Shown: positions 43,433 to 54,457, counted from the first letter of the stretch. The stretch: 64,000 nucleotides of DNA from Candidatus Eiseniibacteriota bacterium (GCA_963724515.1 CAVRUU010000002.1:2942-66941); one strand, 5' to 3'. Notes: a model not told the origin generated them from the letters alone. Made by a program: numbers and translations.

Positions 43433-45548
43433 ACGGTTTTTTGACCTGGAGCGCTTGGGAGGGCCGAGAATTCGGCGATTCGGATGAAGGTCTGACGCAC
43501 CCCTTCGAGGATCGCAAGGCGCCGTTTTCTGACAACCGGCTCCTCGGCCATGACCATGACAGCCTCGAAAAAGCGGTCGATCGCGGGCTTGAGGCCTAAA
43601 AGATGCCGCAAAATGGAGCGGTAATCGGGCTCGGGGCTCTGCAAGAGCGTCTCCACCGCCTGGCGGGCCATTTTCGTCTCCAAGTGCAGGTCCGCTTCCG
43701 CCTTGTCGCCGAACGCCTCGGGACGCTCCGCCAGCGGTTGCCCCGAAACCGAGACCTCCCCGGCGGGGGCGGAGCGGAGGATGTTCGCCGCCCGCCTGTA
43801 ACCGATCATGAGCCCTTCGAAATCCTCCGTCGTCCGGATCGCCTCGATTGCCTTGGCGCGTGCCAAGACGTCGAGGGGGTCCCCGGGCCGCACCGCCAGC
43901 ACCGCGGCGGCTGTATCGTAAGGGATCCCGCGCTCCTCCAGCGCGCTCGCCACCCGCTGGGTCCAGAACTCGGTGAATTCACCCTGTCCGGCCGAGGCGA
44001 CACCCGCCCGGTCGTAAACGCCTCCGAGCCACCCCGCGAGCGCCATGACGTCCGCGCGTATCCCCTTCTCTAGGAGGATCCGGACGATCCCGTTCCCCGC
44101 CCTGCGCAACCCATACGGATCCTGAGAGCCCGTGACCGAAAGCCCGGCGCGAAAGCCCCCGACGACCACGTCGAGGCGATCGGCGACGGCCAGGATGGTC
44201 CCCTCGATCGAGGAGGGAAGCGGATCGCCCGGGCTCCGCGGCAGGATGTGCTCCCGGATCGCGCGGACGACTTCCGCGGGCTCACCCTGGGCGGCCGCGT
44301 ACTCTGCCCGGCCACGCCCTCGAGCGTGGCGAATTCCTTCCCCGACCGGATCATCTCGGTGGCCAGATCGGCCTTACTCAAGTAGGCCGCGCGGCTCACG
44401 GCGCCCCTCGCCTTGGGCGCGATCTGGCGCGCCAGCTCTTCCGCGACCTGCACGATTCGCTGCGTTCGGTCGTAGACCGATCCCAGCTTCTCGTGCCAGA
44501 CGATCTGCTTCAGGTCCTGGACCTTCCTCTCGAGCCCGGCCTTCCGGTCGTTCTCCCAGTAGAATCGCGCGTCCTCCAGGCGTGCCCGGAGCACTGCTTC
44601 GTTTCCGCGGCGGATCGCGTCGGCGCCCTCGCCTCGGCCGTTTCGGATCGCCACGAAGTGGGGCAGGAGCTTCCCCGACGCGTCCTCGATCGGGAAGTAG
44701 CGCTGATGAGCCCGCATGGCGGTCACCACGATGGGTTTCGGCAGCTCGAGGTAGCGCTCGTCGAAATGGCCCAGGATCGCGTCCGGCCACTCGATCAGGT
44801 CGGCGACCTCCTCCACCAGATCCGAGTCCGCGACCGCCCTGCCCCCCTTGGCCCCGGCGGCCTCGGTCACGAGGGTCCGGACCTGTTCTCTCCGCTCCGA
44901 CGGGCTCGCGAGAACGCCGTGGTCGCGAAGCGCGTCCGGGTAGCCGTCGGCGCTCTTCACGTCGAACCAGTCCGGCGAGAGGGTGCGGTGCCCGCGGGAG
45001 CGCTTCCCCGCCTCGATTTCAAAGCACTGGAACGGGACGATCTCGCCTTCCCACAGGGAGAGGAGCCAGCGCACGGGCCTCGCGAAGCGTCCGCCCCCGT
45101 TCCAGCGCATCGTCTTGGGGAAGGTAATCCCAGTAACCCAGGCGGGGATGAGACCGGGCAGGACCTCCCGGGTCGACTTCCCGGTATCGTGCACGCGGGC
45201 GAGAAGATACTCCCCTTTCGGCGTGGTGATGCGCTCCAGCGATTCGACCGGAAGACCCGCGCTCTTCGCGAAGCCCCGCGCGGCGTTCGTCGGTTTTCCG
45301 TCAGCGTCGAAGGAGACCCTGACGGCGGGTCCGGTCAGCTCGCGGGTCTCCGCCTCCTGGCGGTCGGCCACTCCCTCGACGAGCAGCGCCAGCCTTCTCG
45401 GCGTGCCGAGCGTCTCGATCGACGCGAACGGGATGCGCGCCCCGGAGAGCCCGTCCTTGGCGAGCGACTCGAGTTGCCTCAGGGCCGGCATGATGAACCC
45501 GGCGGGAAGCTCTTCGCAGCCGACCTCGACGAGGAGCGACTTACCCAC
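43429..45548 (-). pseudogene. glyS: Glycine--tRNA ligase beta subunit, interrupted by a single-nt frameshift near 44305
   Basis: Two track ORFs (44070..45548 and 43429..44169) together encode a full GlyS. The frame changes between ...KEFATLEGVAG and EYAAAQGEPAEVVRAIREHILP...VVGGFRAGLSVTGSQDPYGLRR. The total length is 2120 nt, which is not a multiple of 3. This could be an assembly indel or a true lesion. Confidence 0.9.
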
Positions 45549-46506
45549 GCGCCGCCCCCGCGGGCGCTTTCGGACGCGCGGCCTCGGAGGGATGCGCGGT
45601 GGCCCGCGAAGACTCCAAGAGTGGGAACCCCATCTCCTCGCGCTGCTTCAAATAGGCCGCGGCCGCGCGGCGGGCGAGCTTTCTCACCCGCGCGATGTAT
45701 CCCACGCGCTCGGTGACCGAGATGGCGCCCCGCGCCTCGAGCAGGTTGAAGAAGTGGGAGCACTTGATCACGTAGTCATAGCCGGGCAGGACCAGCCCCG
45801 CGCCCAGAAGCCGCTCGGCCTCCTTTTCCATCTTCTCGAATTGGTCGAAGAGCAGGTCGGGGTTCGACTGCTCGAAGTTGAACGTGGACCACTCGACCTC
45901 GCCTTGCAGGAACAGCTCGTCCCATCGGACGTCACGGGACCATTTGAGATCCATGATCCGATCGACGCCCTGCAGGTAGCAGGCGATCCGTTCGATCCCG
46001 TAGGTGATCTCCGCCGATATCGGCTCGAGATCGAATCCCCCCGATTGCTGGAAGTATGTGAACTGGGTGATCTCCTGGCCGTCCAGCCAGACTTCCCACC
46101 CGAGCCCCCAGGCGCCGAGGGTCGGCGATTCCCAATCGTCCTCGACGAAACGCACGTCGTGCTGCTCGAGATCGATGCCGATGTGACGGAGGCTCTCGAG
46201 ATAGACGTCCAGCACGTCGGCGGGGGAGGGCTTCAGCACGACCTGGTACTGATAGAACATCTGGAGCCGGTTGGGATTCTGTCCGTACCGCCCGTCCTTG
46301 GGCCGCCGCGAGGGCTCGACGTATGCGGCCTTCCAGGGCTCGGGGCCGAGCACGCGAAAGAAGGTCGCCGGATTGAAGGTGCCCGCGCCGACCTCGCTGC
46401 TGTAGGGCTGGACGAGCGCGCAGCCGTAGTCCGACCAGAAGCGCTCCAGACGAAGGAGCATTTCCTGGAAGGACTGAGGCGTCTCGATCTTCGGCTTCGG
46501 ATTCAT
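45541..46506 (-). CDS. glyQ: Glycine--tRNA ligase alpha subunit
   Basis: 321 aa and highly conserved: [71 protein letters not shown]. It overlaps the glyS start by 8 nt. Confidence 0.97.
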
Positions 46507-46528
46507 CCGCGTTGTCCCTGGTCCGGAC

Positions 46529-47308
46529 TCAGGACCGGGCCGGCTCCCGGTAGCGCGCGAGCGACTCCGCCACGCGGCTCGCGCGGAGACCCTCGAACCG
46601 CTCCAGGTGCGCCATGAGGAACCGCTCCACCGCTTTCGCCACCTCGACTCCGGGGTAGCGCTCCACGGCCCAGCCTCTGAGGGTCGCGATGGGATGGGTG
46701 CTCAGCGCCTCCATCGTGCGCCGCGCTCGCTCCGAGAGGCGAAAGCTCCCCTGTCCTCCGCCGCACGTTTCGCAGAGAAGCCCCCCGCGGATCGGATGGA
46801 AGAGCCCCCCCTGGGAGAGCGGACTCCGGCATTCGAGGCACAGCCTGAGCTCCGGTGCGTACCCCAGGCGCTCGCAAGCTTGAATCTCGAAGCCGCGCAC
46901 GATCAGCTCGAGGCAGGCCACGGGCGCATCGCTCATCGTGCGCAGGGTATCCGAAGCGAGATCGAGAAGCTCGGGCTCACCCGATTCACCGTACGCGGCG
47001 CGCTCGAGGAACTCGAGCACCTGCATGGCCGCCGCGAACCGGTCGGGATCGTCCCAGAGCGCGGGGAGCGCCTCCATGATGTCGGTCTTCGAGAGGAGCT
47101 GCAGATCCCGCGAGAGCTTCCGGTACACGACCGCGCTCACGCGCACGCCCGGCTCGAGCGAGGCGCCGAAGCGGCTCTTGGGGCCGCGGGCGCCCTTCGC
47201 GACACAGCGCAGAAGCCCGAACTCGCGGGTGAAGAGCGAGACGATCAGGCTCGTCTCCCCCAGCCGGTAGGACCGAAGCACCAGCGCCTCTGACTGGACG
47301 ATCGCCAC
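46529..47308 (-). CDS. recO: DNA repair protein RecO
   Basis: Trimmed to the GTG at 47308, 259 aa. OB-fold N-terminus: (M)[30 protein letters not shown]. Zn-finger: CLECRSPL...LLCETCG. The upstream part of the track ORF is a frame of the disrupted DUF502 gene. Confidence 0.88.
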
Positions 47309-47310
47309 GA

Positions 47311-47936
47311 CTACGTCGCTCCGGGGCCCACGACGCCCCCCGAGACGACCATCCGGAGCGCCTGGTCCACCTTGAGCGACGTTGGAATCAGTGACTCGGG
47401 CGGATAGAAGAGAAGGAATCCCGTGGTCGGGTTCGGCGCGTGCGGCAGGAACACGCCCACGACGCGGCCTTCCGTCCGCGAGCGCCACACCGGTCGCCGG
47501 CGAGGCGGTCACGAAGGCGATGGCGTAGCGGCCGGCGGATCGGATACTCGATGAGCACGACGCGCTGGAACGCTCCCCGTTTCTCACCGAGGAACGCCTC
47601 CCCCACCTGCTTCACCATGCCGTAGAAGCCCCGGAAGAAGGGCACCCGCATGAGCATCGCTTCCAGGATGCTCCCGACCTGGCGCCCCAGGAAGTTGTTC
47701 GCCAGGAATCCCACGACCAGGATGATCGCGAGCACGGTGACGAATCCCAGCCCCGGAATTCCGCCGGGCCGGATGTAGCCTCCGCGCAGCGTCGTGCCGA
47801 GGAGATGATCGACCCAGATGAAAAGCCGCCACACGACGTAGATCGTGATGACCGCGGGCGCGAGCACGAGGAGACCGCTGAAGAACGCGTTCCGGATGCG
47901 ATCCAACACGGAAGGCCTGGAGGGCGATCGGCTCAT
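47311..47936 (-). pseudogene. DUF502-family membrane protein disrupted by two apparent 1-nt insertions (~47535 and ~47472)
   Basis: The family-like sequence is spread over three frames:
- ...FFRGFYGMVKQVGEAFLGEKRGAFQRVVLIEYPIR
- GRYAIAFVTASPATGVALADG
- GRVVGVFLPHAPNPTTGFLLFYPPESLIPTSLKVDQALRMVVSGGVV

The TAG at 47311-47313 is 2 nt before the recO start. The start could be the ATG at 47936 or the GTG at 47981. Confidence 0.75.
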
Positions 47937-47982
47937 GATTGGGAGATCGGGGTCAAGGTTCGCGGATGTGCCGATGGGCACA

Positions 47983-48555
47983 TCATAGCATCGGCGCGAG
48001 TTCGCGCAAGAGCCGCGACTCGGCGGCCCGCATGCGGAGGCGCCCGGCGGCCGTCGCGTGATCGTGCCCGATCAGGTGAAGGAGGCCGTGGATCGCGAGG
48101 TGCGCGACCTCTCGGGGAAACGGCCTGCGCGCCGCCTTCGCCTGCGCGCGCGCGGTATCGACCGAGATGTAGATCTCCCCCAAGAAGAGATCGCGGTCCC
48201 TGTCCTCGAGGTCCCCCGGCTCGGCGAGGGGAAAGGAAAGGACGTCGGTGGCCCGGTCGGTCTCGAGGAAATCGCGGTTCAGCGCCCGGATTTGCCTGTC
48301 GCCGGTCAGGACGAGCGAGACGGAAGCGCGCGGGAAGCCGAGGAGGCGAAGGGCCCGCGCGAGGAGCGCTCTAAGAGTGGTCGATCTTAAGCCGTGATTT
48401 CTCTCCGTGGACGCGACGCTCGTCGGCGGGGCGCCCCCGCGACTCCTGGATCGGCGCGCCCGGGTAGTGGACGCGCGCGTGGAAGAGCGCCGTGAGGATC
48501 GGGATGAAGCCCTCGCGGATCTTCGCGAGGTCTTCGAAAGTGATCGGGCTTTCAT
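47983..48555 (-). CDS. ybeY: rRNA maturation endoribonuclease YbeY; 5' end uncertain
   Basis: Conserved core: IRALNRDFLETDRATDVLSFPL...HLAIHGLLHLIGHDH. The only canonical in-frame start is the ATG at 48555. That start would add a low-complexity Arg/Ser N-terminus and overlap the upstream gene by 185 nt, so the true start is probably non-canonical or lost to an indel. Confidence 0.8.
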   Translation of the reverse strand: MKARSLSKTSRRSARASSRSSRRSSTRASTTRARRSRSRGGAPPTSVASTERNHGLRSTTLRALLARALRLLGFPRASVSLVLTGDRQIRALNRDFLETDRATDVLSFPLAEPGDLEDRDRDLFLGEIYISVDTARAQAKAARRPFPREVAHLAIHGLLHLIGHDHATAAGRLRMRAAESRLLRELAPML

Positions 48556-50629
48556 CGAGCTGGCCGTCCTCCACGCGCGCGTCGAGAATCCGCGTCACCA
48601 CGCCCCGGATGCGGCTGGGTGTCGGCTCGGTCAGCGAACGGGCCGCGGCTTCCACCGCGTCCGCGAGCATGAGCACCGCCGTCTCCTTCGAACGCGGCTT
48701 GGGCCCAGGATACCGGAAATCGCGCTCCTCCACGTCGGGGTCCGCCTGCTTGGCCTTGTGGAAGAAGAAGCTCATGAGCGTCGTGCCGTGGTGCTCGAGG
48801 ACCCCGTTCAGGATCGCCTTCGGGAGCTTCTCGCGGCGGGCGATCTCGGCGCCCTCTCTCACGTGGGCCTCGATGATGAGGCAGCTCATCGTGGGCGAGA
48901 GCTTCTCGTGCCGGCTCCGCGCGCTGGACTGGTTCTCGACGAAGTACTCGGCCTTGTCGATCTTCCCGATGTCGTGATAGTAGGCCGCGACGCGGGCGAG
49001 GAGCGGATTCCCTCCCACCGCCTCGGCGCCCGCCTCGGAGAGACTCCCCACGACGAGGCTGTGGTGATAGGTGCCGGGCGCCTCGAGCATGAGCTTGCGG
49101 AGTATCGGCCGGTTGAGGTCGGCCAGCTCGAGGAGCGTGATGTCGGTCGTGACCGAGAACGTCGATTCGAGCAGGGGAAGGAGCAGCGTCACGACGAGCA
49201 CCGAGCCGAAGCCGGCGACGACGCCCCACGCCATGCGGCGCAGGAGCACGTCCCACTTGGCGCCGTCCACGAGGCCCATCGCGCCGATGGCGAACGCGTA
49301 GGCGACCGCCACGACCAGCATGGGGAGGTAGAAATCGCGCCGCCGGCGCACGCCCCCCGCGGTGGCGATGGCGGCGATTCCCGCGAGCGCGCTCCCGGTC
49401 AGGAACGGAAGCCCCAGGCCGTACACGATCGCGACGAGGAGCGATGCGACGAGGGTCGCCACGAACGCCAGCTCCTGCCCGAAGAGCACCGCGACCGTGA
49501 GCGAGAGCACCGTGATCGGGATCAGCATCTCGTAGCCGCGGATCTGGTTCACCACGACCCAGCCGACGCCCAGCACCGCAGCCGTCAGGAACGCCAGGAG
49601 GAAGAGCATCGACGTGTCGTCGTAGACGGACCGGTGATGGAGCTTGAGATATCCCAGGAATCCGAGGAGGAGCACCGCGATCAGCGCGGCGCGGCCCAGG
49701 AGACCCGGGATCTGGTTCCGCCAGTTGGAGAGGTCCTGCACGCGCGCGCCCCACGCGCGCATCGATTCGAGCTTCCGGATATGGTCGCGGGTGGCGATCT
49801 CGTGGCTTCCGATGATCTTCTCGTCCTTCTGCACGAGCCCGTGGTACTGGTTCACGCCCTCTCGCGCCTGCGCGCGGAGCGCTTCCGTGGTCGACGCCTC
49901 GTAGCGCAGGTTGGGCTGGATGACCGCGGTCGCCAATTCTTGTAATGCCTGCGCGGCCTCGGGGCTCTTCGGGAACGCCGTCCGCCCTTCGGTCCAGGCC
50001 AGGTCCCGCACGGCGGCCAGATCGTAGAGCAGAGACCACGGGGTCGCGAGGCGCACACCGTCCCGCTCGACACCCGCTACCGGCGATTCGGTCTCCGCGT
50101 TCGAGGCATCGCGCTCCGACAGAAGGCCCGCGGCGTAAGCCTTATCCGCGATCCGGAGCGCCACGGTCGCGATGCGGCGGCCCTCGGGGCCGCTGAGCAT
50201 GCGAACGGCCTCGCGGGAGAGCCCCATGCCGCGGAGCCGGTCCGATGCGCTCGGACCGGGCCCTGCCTCCGAGTCTTGAAAGCGCAGCGAATCGAGCGAG
50301 GTCTTCACGCGCGACTCCACGCCTTCGTCCACCGAGAACACGGGCGCCACCTTGCGCGCCGCCACCGCCTGCTCCTGGTGGAGCACGTCCCTCTCCTTGA
50401 GGAGGTAGAACTGGAACGGCGCGATGAGGTCGCGCTTCGCGGGGTAGCCCTCCCGGAGCGTCATCACCTCGAAGCTGGGCTCGCGCGGAAACAGCAGACA
50501 CGCGAAGAGAAGCACGCCCACGAGGAGCGCCCCGCGCCGGAACTTCCGGCTCAACCGCAGGAGGCGGCGGATGATGCCCGCCGGTTCGCGCCGGCGCGGC
50601 TCGAGCACGCGCAGAGGCTCAGACGGCAT
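48371..50629 (-). CDS. 7TM-receptor HD-domain phosphohydrolase (PgpH/YqfF-like)
   Basis: 752 aa with an N-terminal extracytoplasmic domain and 7 TM helices. HD domain: HHSLVVGSLSEA...AAYYHDIGK...EHHGTTLMSFF. Confidence 0.93.
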   Translation of the reverse strand: MPSEPLRVLEPRRREPAGIIRRLLRLSRKFRRGALLVGVLLFACLLFPREPSFEVMTLREGYPAKRDLIAPFQFYLLKERDVLHQEQAVAARKVAPVFSVDEGVESRVKTSLDSLRFQDSEAGPGPSASDRLRGMGLSREAVRMLSGPEGRRIATVALRIADKAYAAGLLSERDASNAETESPVAGVERDGVRLATPWSLLYDLAAVRDLAWTEGRTAFPKSPEAAQALQELATAVIQPNLRYEASTTEALRAQAREGVNQYHGLVQKDEKIIGSHEIATRDHIRKLESMRAWGARVQDLSNWRNQIPGLLGRAALIAVLLLGFLGYLKLHHRSVYDDTSMLFLLAFLTAAVLGVGWVVVNQIRGYEMLIPITVLSLTVAVLFGQELAFVATLVASLLVAIVYGLGLPFLTGSALAGIAAIATAGGVRRRRDFYLPMLVVAVAYAFAIGAMGLVDGAKWDVLLRRMAWGVVAGFGSVLVVTLLLPLLESTFSVTTDITLLELADLNRPILRKLMLEAPGTYHHSLVVGSLSEAGAEAVGGNPLLARVAAYYHDIGKIDKAEYFVENQSSARSRHEKLSPTMSCLIIEAHVREGAEIARREKLPKAILNGVLEHHGTTLMSFFFHKAKQADPDVEERDFRYPGPKPRSKETAVLMLADAVEAAARSLTEPTPSRIRGVVTRILDARVEDGQLDESPITFEDLAKIREGFIPILTALFHARVHYPGAPIQESRGRPADERRVHGEKSRLKIDHS

Positions 50630-50634
50630 ACAGG

Positions 50635-51645
50635 TCAGCGGCCATTGTTCCCCCGCTTCACCTCATTCGATTTCTCGTGCGAATCGAAAGCGCGGATGAT
50701 CTCGCGCACCAGATGGTGGCGCACCACGTCGCGATCGGTCAGGTAGATGAACTCGATGCCCGGCACGGCGTGCAGGATCTTCTGGATCTCGACCAGGCCG
50801 GAGGCGTGTTCCACGCCGAGATCGATCTGGGTCACGTCCCCCGTGATCACGGCCTTGGAGCCGTACCCCAGGCGCGTGAGGAACATCTTCATCTGCCCCA
50901 CGGTCGTGTTCTGCGCCTCGTCGAGGATGACGAACGCGTTGTTGAGGGTGCGTCCGCGCATGTACGCAAGCGGCGCCACCTCGATCACGCCGAGGTCGAG
51001 GAAGCGGCGGATCTTCTCGAACGAGAGGAGGTCGTTGAGCGCGTCATAGAGCGGGCGGAGATACGGGTCCACCTTCTCCTTCATGTCGCCCGGGAGGAAT
51101 CCCAGGCTCTCCCCCGCCTCGACCGCCGGGCGCACGAGGAGAATCCGCTCCACCTGCCGCGATCTGAGCGCGTTCACCGCGGCGGCCACGGCCAGGTAGG
51201 TCTTCCCCGTGCCGGCCGGTCCGATCGAGAACACGATGTCGTGCTTCTGGAGCGCGGCGACGTAGCGCGCCTGCCCCAGCGTCTTGACCCGGAGCGTGCG
51301 CTTGTCGAAGGAGAAGAGCACCGGGCGCTCGTAGATCTGGAGCGACTCTTCCCGCTCGTCCGCGTCGGAGACGCCGATGAAATTGTGGACGTCGTGCTCC
51401 TCGAGTATCGCGCCCTTCCGGACGAGGTCGGCGAGCGCGCTCAGGATCGCGCTGACCTCGTCGACCGTCGCGGGCTCGCCGCGCACGGCGAGCGAGCCGT
51501 CCCGGTAGGTGAGGTGGACGGGATAGCTCCGCTCCACCAAGCGCAGATTCGAATCGTTCTTCCCGAAAAGGGCGAGCGGGTCCAGATCCTGGATCCCGAC
51601 CAGCCTCGTCGTTTCGTTCGCGTTGTCCTTCTTGTCGTCTTTCAT
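50635..51645 (-). CDS. phoH: PhoH-like ATPase
   Basis: 336 aa. Walker A: [13 protein letters not shown]. Also [27 protein letters not shown] and TGDVTQIDL. Confidence 0.96.
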
Positions 51646-52181
51646 CTCGGGATGGATAGCTCCTGTCCTGGGTAGATGAGATTGGGATCCTTGATCCGCG
51701 AGCGGTTCGCTTCATAGATCCGGGGCCAGCCCGCGCCACCGCCATAGCCCTCGATCGAGGCGCTGATGGCCCAGAGCGATTCGCCGCGGCGCACCACGTG
51801 CCGGGTCTCTCCCCCGGCGTCCTGGTCCGGACGGCCCGAGTCTGACGGCGGAGTGTCTGGTCCCCGTGTGATTCGTGATTCGATCGCGGTGCCGAGGGAG
51901 AAGAGGGAATCTCCCTCCGCGCGCAGTTTCTGCGATCGCGCGAGCGCGCCGTCCCGCTCCTCGCGCAGTGCGAGCATCTCCGCCTTGTAGACCGAGTCCT
52001 GCCGGGCCAATTCCGCGCAGTATTCAGCCCTTTGCTCTTCGCTCAGCTTCTTGAATTCCTTCTGGGTGTAATAGTCGCCCAGCGAGGCGTCCGCGATCCG
52101 GAGCACGGGCTTTCCGCACCCCTCTATGGATGCCGCGAGGAGCGCGATCAATGCGGCCCCCGCAAACCGGCGAAGCCTCAA
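51642..52181 (-). CDS. LysM-domain lipoprotein with a coiled-coil region
   Basis: The TTG start overlaps the upstream stop (TTGA). Lipobox: LLAASIEG-C. C-terminal LysM: HVVRRGESLWAISA...YEANRSRIKDPNLIYPGQELSIP. Confidence 0.8.
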   Translation of the reverse strand: MRLRRFAGAALIALLAASIEGCGKPVLRIADASLGDYYTQKEFKKLSEEQRAEYCAELARQDSVYKAEMLALREERDGALARSQKLRAEGDSLFSLGTAIESRITRGPDTPPSDSGRPDQDAGGETRHVVRRGESLWAISASIEGYGGGAGWPRIYEANRSRIKDPNLIYPGQELSIPR

Positions 52182-52543
52182 TGATCACGCCCCGCCGCGA
52201 TCGAATCCAGCCTGGCTTGCGCCGCCTCGGCCCGGCTCGCCGCGGCTTCCCTCCGAGCTTCCCAAGCGCCCTCCTCGGTCTGGGCGCGCTCCGTTTCCTC
52301 TCTCAGGCGCTCCGCCTCCCCCCGCAGCCGGTCCAGCTGCGTGGTGGGGGTGGGGCACGGCACGGTGGCGTGGCCACAGCCGGCAAGCCCAAAGAGCGCT
52401 GTAAACAGGATCAGGAACGCGGTCAGAGCCGACCGCCCCGGCCAAGCCTTCGCCGTCCCAGAACCGGCCGCCGACAAATCAGGGGGGTCGGGCGGGCGCC
52501 CGTCCAGGCTGTGCCGAAAAGGACGTAATTTGCTGATGTTCAT
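52178..52543 (-). CDS. Small hypothetical lipoprotein with a coiled-coil tail
   Basis: The ATG at 52543 is one codon inside the track's TTG start. Lipobox: FTALFGLAG-C. The C-terminus is Glu/Arg/Ala-rich and helical. The N-region before the hydrophobic core is long, so the start is uncertain. Confidence 0.5.
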   Translation of the reverse strand: MNISKLRPFRHSLDGRPPDPPDLSAAGSGTAKAWPGRSALTAFLILFTALFGLAGCGHATVPCPTPTTQLDRLRGEAERLREETERAQTEEGAWEARREAAASRAEAAQARLDSIAAGRDH

Positions 52544-52666
52544 CAAGTTAGGTGAGTCAAAACGGGCTTTCGCCCGCCCCCTCCATCCAACCTAGGGTCG
52601 CGCTCTGGGGAAGTCAAGCCCGGTTGGTTCTCCCGCGTAGCATGGCAGAGCAGGAAGGATACCAGG

Positions 52667-54457
52667 TCAGGACTCGATCCGGATCTTCAGCTCCTTCAGA
52701 TCGTCCGGATCGATGGGCGCGGGAGCGCCGTCCATGAGCGACGTGGCGCTCGCCGTCTTCGGGAACGCGATCGCGTCGCGAATCGAATCCCCTCCGTGGA
52801 AGAGGACCACCAGCCGGTCCAGCCCCAGCGCGATCCCGCCGTGCGGCGGCGCGCCGTATTCGAACGCCTCGAGCAAGAACCCGAACTTCTGCTGCGCCTC
52901 CTCGGATTTCATCCCGATCGTGCGCATCACGGATTCCTGGATGTCCTTTCGATGGATCCGGATGCTTCCGCTCGCCAGCTCGTTCCCGTTCGCCGCGAGG
53001 TCGTAGAGCTGTGCCTTTACGCGGCCCGGGTCCGATTCGATGTACGGGAGATCCTCGTCGAGCGGCATCGTGAAGATGTGGTGCGCGGGACCCCACGCCT
53101 TGTGGCCCTCCAGCCATTCGAAGAGGGGGAACCGATGCACCCACAGGAACCGGAAATCCTGGCTGTCGAGCTGAAACGCCGCGTTTCCGATCTGCGTGCG
53201 AAGGAGGCCCAGCACGCGCTGCGCGAGCGAGCGCGGCCCGGAGGCGAAGAGCATCAGGTCTCCCTCGCGCGCGCCGGCCGCCTCGAGGAGCTTGGGCACG
53301 AGATCCGGCGCGAAGTGCTTCGCGACGCCGCCGTCGAGTGCCGGGCCCTTGACGCGCGCCCACGCGAGTCCCGAGGCGCCCGCCTGCTTCGCCGTCGCTT
53401 CGTAGCCGTCGATCTCGCGACGCGACGCGGTCGCGAGCCCCGGCACCGTCAGGACCGAGGTCCCCGCCTTGGGCGCGCCCGCCTTCGCCGAGCGGAACAC
53501 CTCGAAGGCGCTCGCCGCCGCGACCTCCGTCACGTCCTTGATCTCGAACGGAATTCGAAGGTCCGGCTTGTCGCTCCCGAAACGGGCCATGGCCTCGTCG
53601 TACGTGATTCGCGGGAACGGGATCGTAAGCTCGCGGTCGAGATCGCGGCGGAAGATCGACTGGAGGGTGCCTTCCACGACCGAGAAGACGTCGTCCTCGG
53701 TCACGAAGGACATCTCCAGATCGATCTGCGTGAATTCGGGCTGGCGGTCGGCGCGGAGATCCTCGTCCCGCAGGCAGCGAGCGATCTGGAAGTAGCGGTC
53801 GAACCCGGAGACCATGAGGATTTGCTTGTAGAGCTGGGGTGACTGCGGGAGCGCGTAGAACTTCCCCGGATGGAGCCTCGCGGGCACGACGTAGTCGCGG
53901 GCGCCTTCCGGCGTTGGCTTCACGAGGAGCGGCGTTTCGATCTCGAGAAATCCCTGGTCCGAGAGGTACTCGCGCACGCTGCGCGTCATCCGGTGTCTGA
54001 AGATCATGCTGCTCTTCAGCGTCTCCCGCCGGAGGTCGAGGTAGCGATAGCGCAACCTCAGATCCTCGGACGCGGTCACCGCGTCGTCCAGCGGGAACGG
54101 AGGGGTCCGGCTCGCGTTGAGAATCGCGACCTCGACCGCCTCGACTTCCATCGCGCCGGTAGGAAGCTCGGTGTTTTCGCTCCCCGCCGGGCGCGCCTTC
54201 GCGGTTCCTTCGACCAGGACGACATATTCGCTTCCGATCGCGCGCGCCTTCTCGAGCATCGGCGGCTCGAGCTTCTCGGGCCGGAAGACGACCTGCGTGA
54301 TGCCGTAGCGGTCCCTCAAGTCCATGAACAGCACCCCGCCGTGGTCGCGCACGCGATGCGCCCATCCCATGAGCCGCACGCGCTGGCCCGCGTGCTCGGG
54401 CCTGAGGTCCCCGCAGCGATGGGTGCGCTTTCTCCCCCGGAGAGGCTCGATCATCAT
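52667..54457 (-). CDS. aspS: Aspartate--tRNA ligase
   Basis: Trimmed to the ATG at 54457, which overlaps the hisS stop, giving 596 aa. Motifs: GWAHRVRDHGGVLFMDLRDRYG, FYALPQSPQLYKQ, RCLRDEDLRADRQPEFTQID, GGIALGLDRLV. Confidence 0.97.
   Translation of the reverse strand: MMIEPLRGRKRTHRCGDLRPEHAGQRVRLMGWAHRVRDHGGVLFMDLRDRYGITQVVFRPEKLEPPMLEKARAIGSEYVVLVEGTAKARPAGSENTELPTGAMEVEAVEVAILNASRTPPFPLDDAVTASEDLRLRYRYLDLRRETLKSSMIFRHRMTRSVREYLSDQGFLEIETPLLVKPTPEGARDYVVPARLHPGKFYALPQSPQLYKQILMVSGFDRYFQIARCLRDEDLRADRQPEFTQIDLEMSFVTEDDVFSVVEGTLQSIFRRDLDRELTIPFPRITYDEAMARFGSDKPDLRIPFEIKDVTEVAAASAFEVFRSAKAGAPKAGTSVLTVPGLATASRREIDGYEATAKQAGASGLAWARVKGPALDGGVAKHFAPDLVPKLLEAAGAREGDLMLFASGPRSLAQRVLGLLRTQIGNAAFQLDSQDFRFLWVHRFPLFEWLEGHKAWGPAHHIFTMPLDEDLPYIESDPGRVKAQLYDLAANGNELASGSIRIHRKDIQESVMRTIGMKSEEAQQKFGFLLEAFEYGAPPHGGIALGLDRLVVLFHGGDSIRDAIAFPKTASATSLMDGAPAPIDPDDLKELKIRIES

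Noticed and set aside
43405-43440. AAAAAAGCCG...CGGTTTTTT inverted repeat as a glyS terminator
   Set aside because: The GC stem is only 3-4 bp. The same bases form a near-consensus -35/-10 pair, which I consider the better explanation. Read-through from glyS therefore remains possible.
44290-44320. Programmed ribosomal frameshift in glyS
   Set aside because: There is no slippery heptamer or downstream structure at the shift site. Two more indels lie in the neighbouring DUF502 gene, so sequence error or simple mutation is more parsimonious.
52559-52576. Short hairpin CGGGC-tttc-GCCCG with a 4-nt T-run (minus strand) after aspS
   Set aside because: A 5-bp stem and a short T-run are too weak to call as a terminator with confidence.
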